A stretch of DNA of 64,000 nucleotides from an uncultured Acidimicrobiales bacterium (GCA_964517125.1 CAZFBD010000009.1:8891-72890); one strand, 5' to 3'. Positions 22,794 to 32,531 are shown, counted from the stretch's first letter. Notes: generated from the sequence alone by a model not told the origin. Program-made: numbers and translations.

Positions 22794-24485
22794 ATGGAGG
22801 TTCTGGTCGATGCGCGCCCCGATGACACGCACTCATCGACCGTCGCGCCCCTTCGCTGGCATGAGCGTGGAACGATCATCGCCGGCATGCTGCTTGCCTT
22901 CTATCTGGCCGCCTCGCTGCTGCTGGACACCTCCGCACATCTGACCACGGACGTGGGCGGCAAGGTCGCCAGCCTCGAAGCCATGACCACCCGTGGCGAC
23001 TGGGACCCCGACATTGGGTACTGGTTCGCCGAAGCTGATCCCGACGGCGTGTTGTTTCCGTTCGGCAAGACTCGACTGACCGAGCAGAACCAGTGGGTGA
23101 ACACCACGACCTTCACCATGGTGATGCCCGCCCGCCCGCTCTGGGCCTCCGGTGGCCTGCGTGCCGCTCTTCTCATTCCGATGCTGAGCGCCGTCGTGGC
23201 TGCCGCTGCCGCAGGCGCACTTGAGCGACGGTTCGACCGATCCTCGAACGGCTCATGGTCAATGTGGTGCATCGGCCTTGCGAGCCCAGCAGCCATCTAC
23301 GCGTTGGACTTCTGGGAACATGCGCCCGGTTTGGCGGCGATGAGTCTGGGCCTCGTCGCCGTGATCGACGCTCAGCGCCCGGACGGGCGATGGTGGCACG
23401 CAGCCGCCGCCGGACTCGCCTTCGGTTTCGCCGCAACCATGCGACAGGAAGCGCTGGTCTACGGGTTCGTCGCCGGAATTGTCCTCCTGGTCGGCGTCTA
23501 CCGACACCGCGGTCTGGTCTCCGCCGCCCTTCGGGGCGCCCTCATGGCTGGCGGAACGGTCGCCATGCTCGCCGCGCATGCACTGGCCGAGCTCGTGTTG
23601 ACGGGCGGAACGGTCCGGGCTGCTCGGGCCACGGGCACCATCGCAGCGACCGACTCCAACCTCGACCAGATCAACGCCGGGTTCATCACGACGTTCTTCC
23701 CGATCAACGGCGCCCATCCCTTCTGGTACGGGTTCGCCGCAGCCATGGCGGCCACCCTGGCCTGGCTCACCCATCGCGTGATTGGCAAACAAACGCTGGG
23801 TCCGGCGATTCGCCTCACCAGCCTCATCTGGGGCACGTGGGCGCTTCTCCTTCTCGTCGGCGGCCCCCGATTCGTGCCCGGAATGGTCCCCACCGCTCCC
23901 CTGGTGGTCGCCGGTGTCGTCGCGGCCATCCACCGGCGGGCATGGTTGCCATTGGCCCTGGGGCTAGCGCCGCTTCCACTCGTTCTCGCCACCGCGTTCT
24001 CCGACGGTTCGTTTGCCCAATGGGGAGGCCGATACCACCTGCTGACCGGGCTGGTGCTGGTCGTCCTCGGCATCTCCCTGCTCCGGCCACACGCACCGCG
24101 ATTCGTTCTTGCCCTTGCGGCAGCTGGCTTCGTCATCACCATGTTCGGCATTGGTTGGAGCATCGAACGAAGCCATCGGGTGGGCGACACCTGGACCGCG
24201 GTGGCGTCACAAAGCGAACCCGGCGATGACGTCGTCGTATGGGAGAACACGCTCAACTCCCGAGAGGCCGGGGCCGAGCTCATCGGACGGCGCTGGCTGG
24301 GTGCTCCCGATGCCACTGCGCAGAAATTGCTGGCCGACCTGCTTCGTTCCGAAGACATCGATTCCTTCATCTGGATCGATGCGCAGGGCGGACCGTTGGA
24401 AGCGTTCGTCGGCTTCGAGGCCGGAGCCGAACTGGGTGAGCTCGAGTTCTTCTCGTTGCGGATGACCCGCTTCCACCGGAACTGA
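22794..24485 (+). CDS. polytopic membrane protein, possible GT-C-type glycosyltransferase
   Basis: 563 aa with more than 10 predicted TM helices, an early extracytoplasmic loop containing acidic residues (DWDPDIGYWFAEADPDG) and a soluble C-terminal domain. The GT-C assignment rests on topology and neighbourhood only. Confidence 0.45.
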   Translation: MEVLVDARPDDTHSSTVAPLRWHERGTIIAGMLLAFYLAASLLLDTSAHLTTDVGGKVASLEAMTTRGDWDPDIGYWFAEADPDGVLFPFGKTRLTEQNQWVNTTTFTMVMPARPLWASGGLRAALLIPMLSAVVAAAAAGALERRFDRSSNGSWSMWCIGLASPAAIYALDFWEHAPGLAAMSLGLVAVIDAQRPDGRWWHAAAAGLAFGFAATMRQEALVYGFVAGIVLLVGVYRHRGLVSAALRGALMAGGTVAMLAAHALAELVLTGGTVRAARATGTIAATDSNLDQINAGFITTFFPINGAHPFWYGFAAAMAATLAWLTHRVIGKQTLGPAIRLTSLIWGTWALLLLVGGPRFVPGMVPTAPLVVAGVVAAIHRRAWLPLALGLAPLPLVLATAFSDGSFAQWGGRYHLLTGLVLVVLGISLLRPHAPRFVLALAAAGFVITMFGIGWSIERSHRVGDTWTAVASQSEPGDDVVVWENTLNSREAGAELIGRRWLGAPDATAQKLLADLLRSEDIDSFIWIDAQGGPLEAFVGFEAGAELGELEFFSLRMTRFHRN

Positions 24486-24505
24486 TCCGACAGGTCGGGT
24501 TCCCG

Positions 24506-25843
24506 TCAGCGGCCGAGGCCACCGACCACTTCACGGAACGTGCGTCCCACGATTCGGACATCGAAGCCGAAACCCTGCCGGCGCAGGTAGTAGAAGTCGT
24601 ACTGCAACTTCTCGAGCGCGTCGCCGTCGGTGTTTGCGTAGCCGAGCTTCACCTGCGCCCATCCCGTCAGACCCGGCCGAACCAAGTGGCGAGCGTCGTA
24701 GAACGGGATCTTCGAGCGAAGTTCGTCGACGTACTGCGGCTGCTCGGGGCGGGGCCCAACGATCGACAGCTCACCGCGAACCACACTCCACATCTGCGGC
24801 AGTTCGTCGATGTGTGTCCTTCGTAGGAAGTCTCCGAACGCCGTGATTCGCTCGTCATCGGGGCAGGTCCAGCTGCTGTTGTCCGTGCCCGGCGTCATGG
24901 TCCGGAACTTTGCGAGCCGGAAGGTCTCGCCGTTCTTGCCAACCCGCACCTGCCGGAAGAACAGCGGTCCGCGGTTCGCAACGAGGTTGCCCACGACAAT
25001 GGCCGGAATCACGAGTGCGAAGATCACTGAACCCACGAGCCCGATGGCGATGTCGAAGAGCCGCTTGATCCGCACGTACCGCATTCGATGCAGCTCGCCA
25101 ATGTCGAAGAGCATGGAGACCTGCGCAAGTTCCGAGATTGGGAGTTTGCCCAACCACCCTTCGTAGAAGAGGGCGAGCGTCCGAATTCGCATGCCCGACG
25201 AGTGCAGCGTCGTCGCTTGCGCCACGATCGATGGGTCGTCTTGGGCCGTGCGATCCAGCACCAGCACCGTCGGTTGCACCCGGGTGGCCACCTCCACAAG
25301 CGGGCACCCACCGGTGTCGGTCTCGCGGGCTTCACCAACCGCCATCACACCGGCGATCGACGCGGTGATCTCGGCACGGTCATCGAGGTCACGAATGAGC
25401 GCAGCCACATCGTCGGGCTGACCGCTCACGAGCAGGACCGATTCGCGGGCCGCCGACCACTTGCGCGAGTCCGTCGACAGGTTCCAGGAGATCAGGGCCC
25501 ACAGCGGAAACACGCCGATGAAGAGCGCAATCGACGAACGGGGAAGGAGCACGTCGGCCAGAGCCAGCTGGGCCATGGAGACGACCGACAGACTTGCGAT
25601 GATGGCGGCGAAACTGCGACCGATCGTCGCCAGCCTGGACTCGGGCATCTCGGGCAGACCCACGCTGTGCGAAGCCGCAATCAGCAGTCCTGCCCACGCC
25701 ACCCACCAGCCAACACCCGGTACGTCCGCGGCGAAATCGGCATACCGCGCCGGGCCAACCACCTGCACGTAGAACTCTCGAGACGCAAACACGGCCGCGA
25801 CGGTGCCTGCCCAGAGAATCCAGTGCAGGCGGCGAAGAGACAT
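24506..25843 (-). CDS. polyprenyl-phosphate glycosyl-1-phosphate transferase (WbaP/bacterial sugar transferase family)
   Basis: From ORF 24506..26215, with the start at ATG 25843 (MSLRRLHWILW). It has N-terminal TM helices and the C-terminal bacterial sugar transferase domain KRLFDIAIGLVGSVIF...FRQVRVGKNGETFRLAKFRTM...DELPQMWSVVRGELSIVGPRP...RPGLTGWAQV. Confidence 0.85.
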   Translation of the reverse strand: MSLRRLHWILWAGTVAAVFASREFYVQVVGPARYADFAADVPGVGWWVAWAGLLIAASHSVGLPEMPESRLATIGRSFAAIIASLSVVSMAQLALADVLLPRSSIALFIGVFPLWALISWNLSTDSRKWSAARESVLLVSGQPDDVAALIRDLDDRAEITASIAGVMAVGEARETDTGGCPLVEVATRVQPTVLVLDRTAQDDPSIVAQATTLHSSGMRIRTLALFYEGWLGKLPISELAQVSMLFDIGELHRMRYVRIKRLFDIAIGLVGSVIFALVIPAIVVGNLVANRGPLFFRQVRVGKNGETFRLAKFRTMTPGTDNSSWTCPDDERITAFGDFLRRTHIDELPQMWSVVRGELSIVGPRPEQPQYVDELRSKIPFYDARHLVRPGLTGWAQVKLGYANTDGDALEKLQYDFYYLRRQGFGFDVRIVGRTFREVVGGLGR

Positions 25844-25925
25844 TGCTGTCCTTTTCGGTTGTGTTGGGGCCAACGTGAGCGAGACCGCGCCCTCATCGCC
25901 CCCGCCCGAACGCCGATGGAATGGG

Positions 25926-27092
25926 GTGAAGGCCGTGATCATCCAGAACCCCCGAGACACGGGTGGACCCCAGCAACGTCGCGACACCTGGCGACGACTG
26001 CTCGAGGCCTCTGGGTACGACGTCACGATGCTTCGACCACCCATGGACCTGGCTCGGCCGTGGCGCTCGGTTCCACAGGCGCTCGACGTGGTCCGCGGCC
26101 ACGCGGTACCGGAAGCCATGGTGTGGCAACCGACGACCCTCATGCGTTCCCTCGACGAGCTCGCGCCCGACCTTGTCGTCACGCAGACCATCCGTATGTG
26201 GAACCCCGTCCTCACAACCCTCGAGTGCCCGGTACTCGTCGACTACGTCGACCAGCTCAGCGTCAGCTACGAGCAGCGAGCCGGGTGGGCATCCGGCTGG
26301 CAACGACATGCGTACCGAATCCTCGGTCGGTTTCATGCACGAGCCGAAGCCAGACTCCGGAGCACCGACGTCATCGGCATCACGGCCGGACGACGGGACG
26401 CCGAGCAGCTCGACGCCACATGGGTTCCGATCGTGGCGCCCGAGGGAAGCACGCCAACCGTCGACGAATCGAGTCGTCCTCACGATGTCGTCTTCTTCGG
26501 CTCGCTGAACTATCCGCCGAACATCGAAGCGATCGAATGGCTCGCTGCAGCCCCCGGAGCCGACACGCTTCGGGTACTGGTTGCAGGACGGTCAGGAGGA
26601 CCTCGGATTCCCGAGATCTGTGCCCAGCTCGGATGGACCTACCGCCCCGACTTCGAATCCGTCGAATGGCTTGCTCAGCAGGCCCGCGTGGCTGCCGTTC
26701 CTCTGGTCAGTGCTGCTGGCATGCAGATCAAGATGCTCGAGGCAGCGGCTCATGGGCTGCCACAAGTGGGCACCTCCATGGCCCTCCAGGGATTCGACCT
26801 CGAGTTTCCCATCGAGGTCGAAGACGACCCAGCCACATTTGTCGATCTGCTGCGTGCTCTGTCGGAAGACCCCCAGCGCGCCCACACGCTCGCAACTGCG
26901 GCGCAGTCCCACGTGCAGCAGCACTATTCGGTTTCCGCCTGCGGTGAACGGCTCCGCCGCGTGCTTGCTGCGAATCAGCCCAGCGAGAACGACGGGTCAA
27001 CGTGGTGGTCGAGCGCTGGTGCGCCAAGCAGTGAGAGCAACGCCGGGGCCACTTCCAACACGTCTACCGGTTCGCTCGGAAGAGCTGCCTGA
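25926..27092 (+). CDS. GT4-family (GT-B) glycosyltransferase
   Basis: From ORF 25803..27092. The start is either GTG 25926 (VKAVIIQNP) or GTG 25875. The C-terminal half (VVFFGSLNYPPNIEAIEWL, AAVPLVSAAGMQIKMLEAAAHGLPQV) fits the GT4 nucleotide-sugar binding domain. The last ~40 codons overlap the convergent gene. Confidence 0.65.
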   Translation: MKAVIIQNPRDTGGPQQRRDTWRRLLEASGYDVTMLRPPMDLARPWRSVPQALDVVRGHAVPEAMVWQPTTLMRSLDELAPDLVVTQTIRMWNPVLTTLECPVLVDYVDQLSVSYEQRAGWASGWQRHAYRILGRFHARAEARLRSTDVIGITAGRRDAEQLDATWVPIVAPEGSTPTVDESSRPHDVVFFGSLNYPPNIEAIEWLAAAPGADTLRVLVAGRSGGPRIPEICAQLGWTYRPDFESVEWLAQQARVAAVPLVSAAGMQIKMLEAAAHGLPQVGTSMALQGFDLEFPIEVEDDPATFVDLLRALSEDPQRAHTLATAAQSHVQQHYSVSACGERLRRVLAANQPSENDGSTWWSSAGAPSSESNAGATSNTSTGSLGRAA

Positions 27093-28426
27093 GGCGAATT
27101 CGCCACGAGCAGCGTGCCGATGGGGTGGTGGACACCCGACTTGTGTTCCGTGACCGCAACCCAGCGCAGGCCTGCCTCGCTGACGCGAACCTGCTGTCCA
27201 TCGATGTCGATGAGATCGGTGGCGTCGTCGAGGTGATAAGTGATCGTCACGGCCGTGCGTGAACGATCGACCTGCAGCCGGGAGCCGGCAACGGGAAGTT
27301 CGGACAGCCGCTGTTGCTCGCTGGCGGCGCGTTCCTCGTCATCGAAGTCGAACGTCAGATGCGGCACCATCGAGGCCTTCAGCTCCACGCTCTCGGCAAC
27401 GCCGAGGGCCGAAGCGAACGTACGTGGATCGTCGACCACCAGCGTCCGGTCGCCACCCTGGTCCACTTCGCCGCCACCGGTCTGCCCCATGGACGACACC
27501 AGGACGAGCGAACGATCGTGTGTCTGGCACCAGCGCAACACTCGGCCAAGAAAGCCGTCGAGCGCATCCATCGCAGCCGGGATTTCGGCCTCGTGGCGGG
27601 CCACCCATTCCGGACCGTTCGGCGTGACGTCCCAGTCGTCGGGAAACGTGGCCGGCCAATAGCGGTGCATCGACGCCGCCACGTGATTGGTGAAGAAGAC
27701 CGCAAGGTCCGGGCGAGAAGCGTCCAGTTGTGCTTCGAACGCATCGGCAAGGAGAAGGAACTGCGCGGTTCGCAGCCGCTCCTTCGATGCCCGTCCCGCG
27801 GCCACCCGGCCGGCAAGCATGCCGAGCTCGACAAGGGTTCGGACGCGGATACCACTCCCTCGCAGGGCACGGAGTCCGTCCATGTAGTCGGCGACCGGAG
27901 CCGCCGAGTCGACGGCTCGTCCGTTCTGTCGGGTCATCCGAAGGTTGAAGCGGTGCAGCGGCCCGAGGGTGGTGGGGAGCACGTTCGGGTCGTCGCCGAA
28001 CACGTCGGGTACCGCAAACACGGCTCCGGGAAGGTCCGCAGTCGTGTCGTTCAGCGGCGACGAATGCAGGGTTCCGAAAACCCCGACCCGACGTGTCTTC
28101 GCAATCGCCTGCCAGTACAGCGGCAGGTCGGCCGGCTTCGGGTCGCCGTACCAGTACACACCGTGTTTGTCGTGGGGAACACCCATGGCGAGTGTTGCCC
28201 AGCTCTGCGATGGGTAGAGCCCACGCTCGGGCTCCTCGTTGAGCACCGTCTCCGCCAACACGCTGGTCCGAAGAAGCTCAGCCACCGCGGAGTTCGGAGT
28301 GCGTTCGGCGTACCAACGCAGCAGACGCGGTGGTATCTCATTGATCTCGATCACGACGGCGCGGCGCATGTCGGAATGATCGGCACAGGTGCCGTCTGCG
28401 TTGAGGGTTGGGCGCATCGGACTCAT
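26975..28426 (-). CDS. alkaline phosphatase/nucleotide pyrophosphatase-family (AlkP-core) protein
   Basis: 483 aa. VVIEINEIPPRLLRWY, LYPSQSWATLAMGV, VFFTNHVAASMHRYW, LVLVSSMGQ and EVAPALLSLLG resemble type I phosphodiesterase/AlkP-superfamily proteins found in glycan clusters. Assignment is from pattern memory. Confidence 0.55.
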   Translation of the reverse strand: MSPMRPTLNADGTCADHSDMRRAVVIEINEIPPRLLRWYAERTPNSAVAELLRTSVLAETVLNEEPERGLYPSQSWATLAMGVPHDKHGVYWYGDPKPADLPLYWQAIAKTRRVGVFGTLHSSPLNDTTADLPGAVFAVPDVFGDDPNVLPTTLGPLHRFNLRMTRQNGRAVDSAAPVADYMDGLRALRGSGIRVRTLVELGMLAGRVAAGRASKERLRTAQFLLLADAFEAQLDASRPDLAVFFTNHVAASMHRYWPATFPDDWDVTPNGPEWVARHEAEIPAAMDALDGFLGRVLRWCQTHDRSLVLVSSMGQTGGGEVDQGGDRTLVVDDPRTFASALGVAESVELKASMVPHLTFDFDDEERAASEQQRLSELPVAGSRLQVDRSRTAVTITYHLDDATDLIDIDGQQVRVSEAGLRWVAVTEHKSGVHHPIGTLLVANSPQAALPSEPVDVLEVAPALLSLLGAPALDHHVDPSFSLG

Positions 28427-28456
28427 CGTTCACCCGCCACTGCCGATTTCATCGAT

Positions 28457-29260
28457 ATGGATGCCACGGTGCTCTACGTCGCCTTTGCGACGCCCACGAT
28501 TGACATGTCGTGGATTCCGTCCGGCACTCCCGTGATCGTCGTGCACAACGATTCGGTGCTCGATCCAAGCCAACTCACCCACGAGCCCGTCACCCATCTC
28601 CACCCGGGCGAGAACCTGGGATTCGGCGGCGGCGTCAACCACGCTCTGGCGCACGTGACGACCGAGCGAGTCGTGCTCTGCAACCCCGATGCCGACCTGC
28701 TGCCGGAGCACTGGCATGCCCTCACCGGAGCACCCCATCAGGTTGTCACCATTCCACTCGTCGACGATGCGGGACGCTCAACCAGTGTGATCAGCCCGTA
28801 CTGGACTCCAATCTCTCTGCTGATCACTGCGTTCCGGCTCGGCAGTCGCTTCGCTCCGTTGGGCAGCCGGCGCCGGCGCGCCTTGAGCCGTCTCAGCGGG
28901 TCGTGGGAGCGGAAGCAACGTGATGCGCTCGGCTCCGAACCGGGCGAATGGCCTCTTCAGGACCGCTGGGTCAGCGGTGCGGTGTTCTCCATCGACACCG
29001 AACGGCTGCGGTCGGTGAACGGCTTCGACGATTCGTACTTCCTGTACTTCGAAGACACCGATCTCTGTCAGCGTCTCGCTTCCAGGTATCCGGACATGCG
29101 GGCACAGCAGCGCGGTGGGTCAGCCGGCCGGCACGCCGTGGGCGGCAGCGCCGAGGGCACGTCGGGAGTCGTCGAACGAATTCGTCGAGAGTCGGCTGGA
29201 ACGTACGCCCAGCGGCAACCCGGGTGGGCCTGGAAGCCCGTGCAAACGCTACTCCGCTGA
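28457..29260 (+). CDS. GT2-family glycosyltransferase
   Basis: This is the C-terminal third of ORF 27314..29260; the remainder is antisense to the AlkP gene. The start is ATG 28457 (MDATVLYVAF). Motifs are NLGFGGGVNHAL, VLCNPDADL and SGAVFSIDTERLRSVNGFDDSYFLYFEDTDLCQRL. Confidence 0.8.
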   Translation: MDATVLYVAFATPTIDMSWIPSGTPVIVVHNDSVLDPSQLTHEPVTHLHPGENLGFGGGVNHALAHVTTERVVLCNPDADLLPEHWHALTGAPHQVVTIPLVDDAGRSTSVISPYWTPISLLITAFRLGSRFAPLGSRRRRALSRLSGSWERKQRDALGSEPGEWPLQDRWVSGAVFSIDTERLRSVNGFDDSYFLYFEDTDLCQRLASRYPDMRAQQRGGSAGRHAVGGSAEGTSGVVERIRRESAGTYAQRQPGWAWKPVQTLLR

Positions 29261-29264
29261 TGAT

Positions 29265-30668
29265 TCAGGCCAGCGAGTCCAGCCGGTCGTAGATGGCGTC
29301 CACATGTCGTTGCTCGGTACGCACCGAGCCGATCGCAATGCGAAGAACGGTTTGGTCGGTCAACTTCGTGTGGGTCAGATAGGCGTCGCCGTCGGCATTG
29401 ATGGTGTCTCGGACACGTTCATTGTCGGCGTCGCCACCCACGTGGCGGAAGGTCACCAGGGACAGCGGCGTCGGAGCAACCAGTTCGTAGCTGGGGTGCG
29501 CGTCGATTCGCAAGGCCAACGCCTGCGCCATCTCCACATGGTTCCGAATGAACGACGCAAGGCCGTCGGCGCCGTGGGTTCGGATCACGAACCAGAGCTT
29601 CAACGCACGGAACCGGCGACCAAGTGGAATCTGCCAGTCCCGATAGTCGATCACCGATCCTTCGTCCGAGGCCGAGTTGCGCAGGTACTCGGGCACGATG
29701 CTGAGCGCCGAGATCATGGGGCCGCGGTCGGCGACATAGAACATGGAGCAGTCAAAGTTCGTCAGCAGCCACTTGTGCGGGTTGAAGCAGTAGCTGTCCA
29801 CCCTGGAGAGGCCATCGTTCACGAACCGGTATTCGGGTGCCACCGCGGCAGATCCGGCAAACGCGCCATCGACGTGCAGCCAGGCGCCGAACTCCTTGCA
29901 CACGTCGGCGATCGCATCGACCGGGTCGAGGGCGGTGGAGCTCGTGGTGCCGGTGGTCGCCTGCACGAAGAATGGCCGACGATCCTCGATGATGTCCTGC
30001 AGAATCGCTTCGCGGAGCTTCACCGGGTCCATCGCATGGTCGGCGTCGGACGGGATCTTGCGCAGCTGTTCGGGAAACAGACCAGCGATGCGGATGCCCT
30101 TTTCGACCGACGAGTGCGCGTGCTCGGAGGTGTAGGCAACCAGCTGGTCCATGCGCCACTGGCCGGCGACCCGCTCGCGGGCAGAGAGGATTGCCACCAG
30201 GGCCGCACTCGACGCCGAGTCCTGAATGGTTCCGCCGCCGGGGCCGGATGACCGGAACCGGTCGGGAAGGCCACAGAGGTCCACCATCCAGTCCATCACG
30301 TGGGTCTCGAGCTCGGTGCAGGCTGGCGATGTCGCCCACAGCATCCCCTGTACTCCCAGGCCGGCGGACATGAGCTCGCCCAGGACCGATGCGGGCGAGG
30401 CATTTGCCGGAAAGTACGCAAAGAAGTTCGGCGATTGCCAGTGGGTGATGCCGGGCATGATGAGCGAGTCGACGTCGGCCATGATGTCGGACCACGATTC
30501 GGGCTCTGTCGGCGGTGCGCTGGGCAGAGCGGCCCGAAGGTCCCCGGGCGCCGACTGGCTGAGCACCGGGTAGTCCTCGACGTTCTCCCAATAGTCGGCG
30601 ATCCAATCGATCAGATCGTGACCCGCCTGGCGGAATTCGTCGGTGCTCATCGGTGGGTCGTACGTCAT
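29265..30668 (-). CDS. PLP-dependent group II decarboxylase (aromatic-L-amino-acid decarboxylase-like)
   Basis: From ORF 29265..30773, with the start at ATG 30668 (MTYDPPMSTDEFRQAGHDLIDWIADYW). Motifs are HWQSPNFFAYFPANAS and the PLP-lysine motif NPHKWLLTNFDCS. Confidence 0.85.
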   Translation of the reverse strand: MTYDPPMSTDEFRQAGHDLIDWIADYWENVEDYPVLSQSAPGDLRAALPSAPPTEPESWSDIMADVDSLIMPGITHWQSPNFFAYFPANASPASVLGELMSAGLGVQGMLWATSPACTELETHVMDWMVDLCGLPDRFRSSGPGGGTIQDSASSAALVAILSARERVAGQWRMDQLVAYTSEHAHSSVEKGIRIAGLFPEQLRKIPSDADHAMDPVKLREAILQDIIEDRRPFFVQATTGTTSSTALDPVDAIADVCKEFGAWLHVDGAFAGSAAVAPEYRFVNDGLSRVDSYCFNPHKWLLTNFDCSMFYVADRGPMISALSIVPEYLRNSASDEGSVIDYRDWQIPLGRRFRALKLWFVIRTHGADGLASFIRNHVEMAQALALRIDAHPSYELVAPTPLSLVTFRHVGGDADNERVRDTINADGDAYLTHTKLTDQTVLRIAIGSVRTEQRHVDAIYDRLDSLA

Positions 30669-30690
30669 GTTCGTGATCCTACAAGCGCGG

Positions 30691-31386
30691 CTACTTCGGC
30701 CCCGAACGATGTTCGGTGACGATCTCCAGGAGTCGATGCACCATGAGCGCGGTTGCGCCCCAGATGGTCTCATCGACCAGATCGAAGAAATGAATCTCGC
30801 GTTCCTGACCTTCGAATGACCAGAGCTCGCCCCGATACACGCCGGGGCTCATGAGCTCCTCGAGCGGAACGTGGAGAATCCGGTCCACCTCGTCCGGCGA
30901 AGGGACCAGCTCGGGGAGGGTGTCCAGGGCCGCCACGAAGGGGGTCACCAATGAGAAGCTGGCGCCGGTGACGAAGCTGTCGAGCTTCCCCAGCTTTCGG
31001 GGAACGTCGGCCGGCATGGCGACCTCTTCGAAGGCTTCGCGAACCGCTGCATGCCAGTCGGAAGCGTCCTCATCGTCGATGCCGCCGCCGGGGAAGGCGA
31101 TCTCGCCAGCGTGCTTGCGCATGTGTTGCGGCCTGCGGGTGAGGATGGTCGTGACGCCGTCGGGGCCGTCGTACAACGGAATCATCACTGCACTCCGGCG
31201 ACCCGGCTTCGCTGGCCGTTCGACCGGCGGTCCGCGGACGATTTCGACCGGCGAGTAGCCGTCGAGCGCCGACGCAACGTCGGCCACGGAATAGGTGCGG
31301 GCTGCCGGTATGCCCCAGGGCGGCGGTTCGCCCGGCCGGCTGGCCTCTGGGGTGGGGATCTGTTGTCGACCACCCCGCCGAGTCAC
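30691..31386 (-). CDS. Nudix hydrolase, CoA pyrophosphatase type
   Basis: 231 aa. ILTRRPQHMRKHAGEIAFPGGGID matches the NuCoA motif (LLTxR..x..H.G...FPGG), followed by the Nudix box AAVREAFEEV. Confidence 0.8.
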   Translation of the reverse strand: MTRRGGRQQIPTPEASRPGEPPPWGIPAARTYSVADVASALDGYSPVEIVRGPPVERPAKPGRRSAVMIPLYDGPDGVTTILTRRPQHMRKHAGEIAFPGGGIDDEDASDWHAAVREAFEEVAMPADVPRKLGKLDSFVTGASFSLVTPFVAALDTLPELVPSPDEVDRILHVPLEELMSPGVYRGELWSFEGQEREIHFFDLVDETIWGATALMVHRLLEIVTEHRSGPK

Positions 31387-31655
31387 GATTCGGTCAGACC
31401 TGCCAGGAACTCGTCGATGCCGTTGTCACGAAGGATTTCGAGCACGACCGACGGGTGCTGGGTTCCCGCTTCCCAGGTGGCCCAGGCTTCGAGCATGGTG
31501 TCGATGCCGTCGACATCGGAGTTCGCTTCGAGGACCTCGAGGAGAAACCCCGTCTTGAGGTAGCTCATGGTGCGGCCGGGAAGCTCGGTTTCGTCGGTCC
31601 AGTCCTTGAACTGGGTGCGCAGCTTCGCGGGAGAGGGAGGCGGTCGTTCGTCCAT
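31383..31655 (-). CDS. small acidic hypothetical protein (90 aa, or ~61 aa from internal ATG)
   Basis: The ORF is translationally coupled to the Nudix gene (ATGA overlap at 31383-31386). The sequence ...MSYLKTGFLLEVLEANSDVDGIDTMLEAWATWEAGTQHPSVVLEILRDNGIDEFLAGLTES looks helical. No family recognised. Confidence 0.45.
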   Translation of the reverse strand: MDERPPPSPAKLRTQFKDWTDETELPGRTMSYLKTGFLLEVLEANSDVDGIDTMLEAWATWEAGTQHPSVVLEILRDNGIDEFLAGLTES

Positions 31656-31665
31656 TGCGTTCAGG

Positions 31666-32514
31666 CTACCGGGACCCTGCCAGCTCGCTCCGGGTCAGGT
31701 CGGCCATCGCTGCCCGCAGCTTCTCGGTGGCAGGCCCCACTGTGAACTCCCGCTCGCCCACCGCCGTGGCGCCAATGGCGTCCCTCAGGGTGGAGAGCGC
31801 AAAGAACTCGACCGCGTCATCCAGACGATCGAGACCGACCTCGACCTCTCTGAGCTCAAGGCCAGCGTCGGCGGCGGCATCGAATGCGACCTGTCGAGTG
31901 ATCGAGTCAAGGATGCCGAGCGACATGGCGGGCGTCTCGTACACGACCTGGCCGGCCTCTTCCACCACCCAGCCAACGGTGAAGGTGGGGCCCTCGAGAA
32001 TTCGGCCGCTTCGACCGAGCAGAAGGGCGTCGGTGTGCCCAGCCAACCTCGCCTGTCGGATGGCTCCGAAGTTGTTGGCGTACGACAACGTCTTGGCTCG
32101 CAGCAGTTCCCAATCCGCGCCATCGGCATGCCATGGGGCAACGGTCGGGTGCAGGGTGAGCGACGCTGGCTGGGGAACGGCGGGCTCACCCGTGACCACG
32201 ACCCGAGTCGTTCCCTCGAAGGGATCGTCGCCCGCCGAGACGAGCACCCTGATCACTCCGTCGGGGAGGCCCTGCGCTGCGGTGTCTGCCCAGCTCTCGA
32301 TTGCGGCGTGGTCGGGTAGATCGATCCCGAGCATGGTCGCCGAACGTTCCAGCCGTTCCAGGTGGGGCTGCATGCGGAAGCATGTGCCGTTGAATGAGCG
32401 GATGACTTCGAAGACGCCGTATCCCCGGATGAACCCCATGTCGGAGACGGGGATCGCTGCGGTGGCGGCGTTCTGGATGTTGCCGTCGATGAGCACGGTG
32501 GTGAAGGCGGGCAT
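31666..32514 (-). CDS. class IV (fold type IV) aminotransferase: BCAT / D-amino-acid aminotransferase / ADC lyase family
   Basis: 282 aa. IPVSDMGFIRGYGVFEVIRSFNGTCFRMQPHLERLERSA is the hallmark N-terminal pattern, including the catalytic Lys region (LRAKTLSYANN). Confidence 0.85.
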   Translation of the reverse strand: MPAFTTVLIDGNIQNAATAAIPVSDMGFIRGYGVFEVIRSFNGTCFRMQPHLERLERSATMLGIDLPDHAAIESWADTAAQGLPDGVIRVLVSAGDDPFEGTTRVVVTGEPAVPQPASLTLHPTVAPWHADGADWELLRAKTLSYANNFGAIRQARLAGHTDALLLGRSGRILEGPTFTVGWVVEEAGQVVYETPAMSLGILDSITRQVAFDAAADAGLELREVEVGLDRLDDAVEFFALSTLRDAIGATAVGEREFTVGPATEKLRAAMADLTRSELAGSR

Positions 32515-32531
32515 GCCGCCATGGTCTCACG

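Noticed and set aside
25088-26947. A 619-aa plus-strand ORF rich in Arg/His/Pro.
   Set aside because: It is an alternative frame running across the sugar-transferase (antisense) and GT4 genes. Its composition (RRRR, HRR runs) is typical of an off-frame GC-rich translation.
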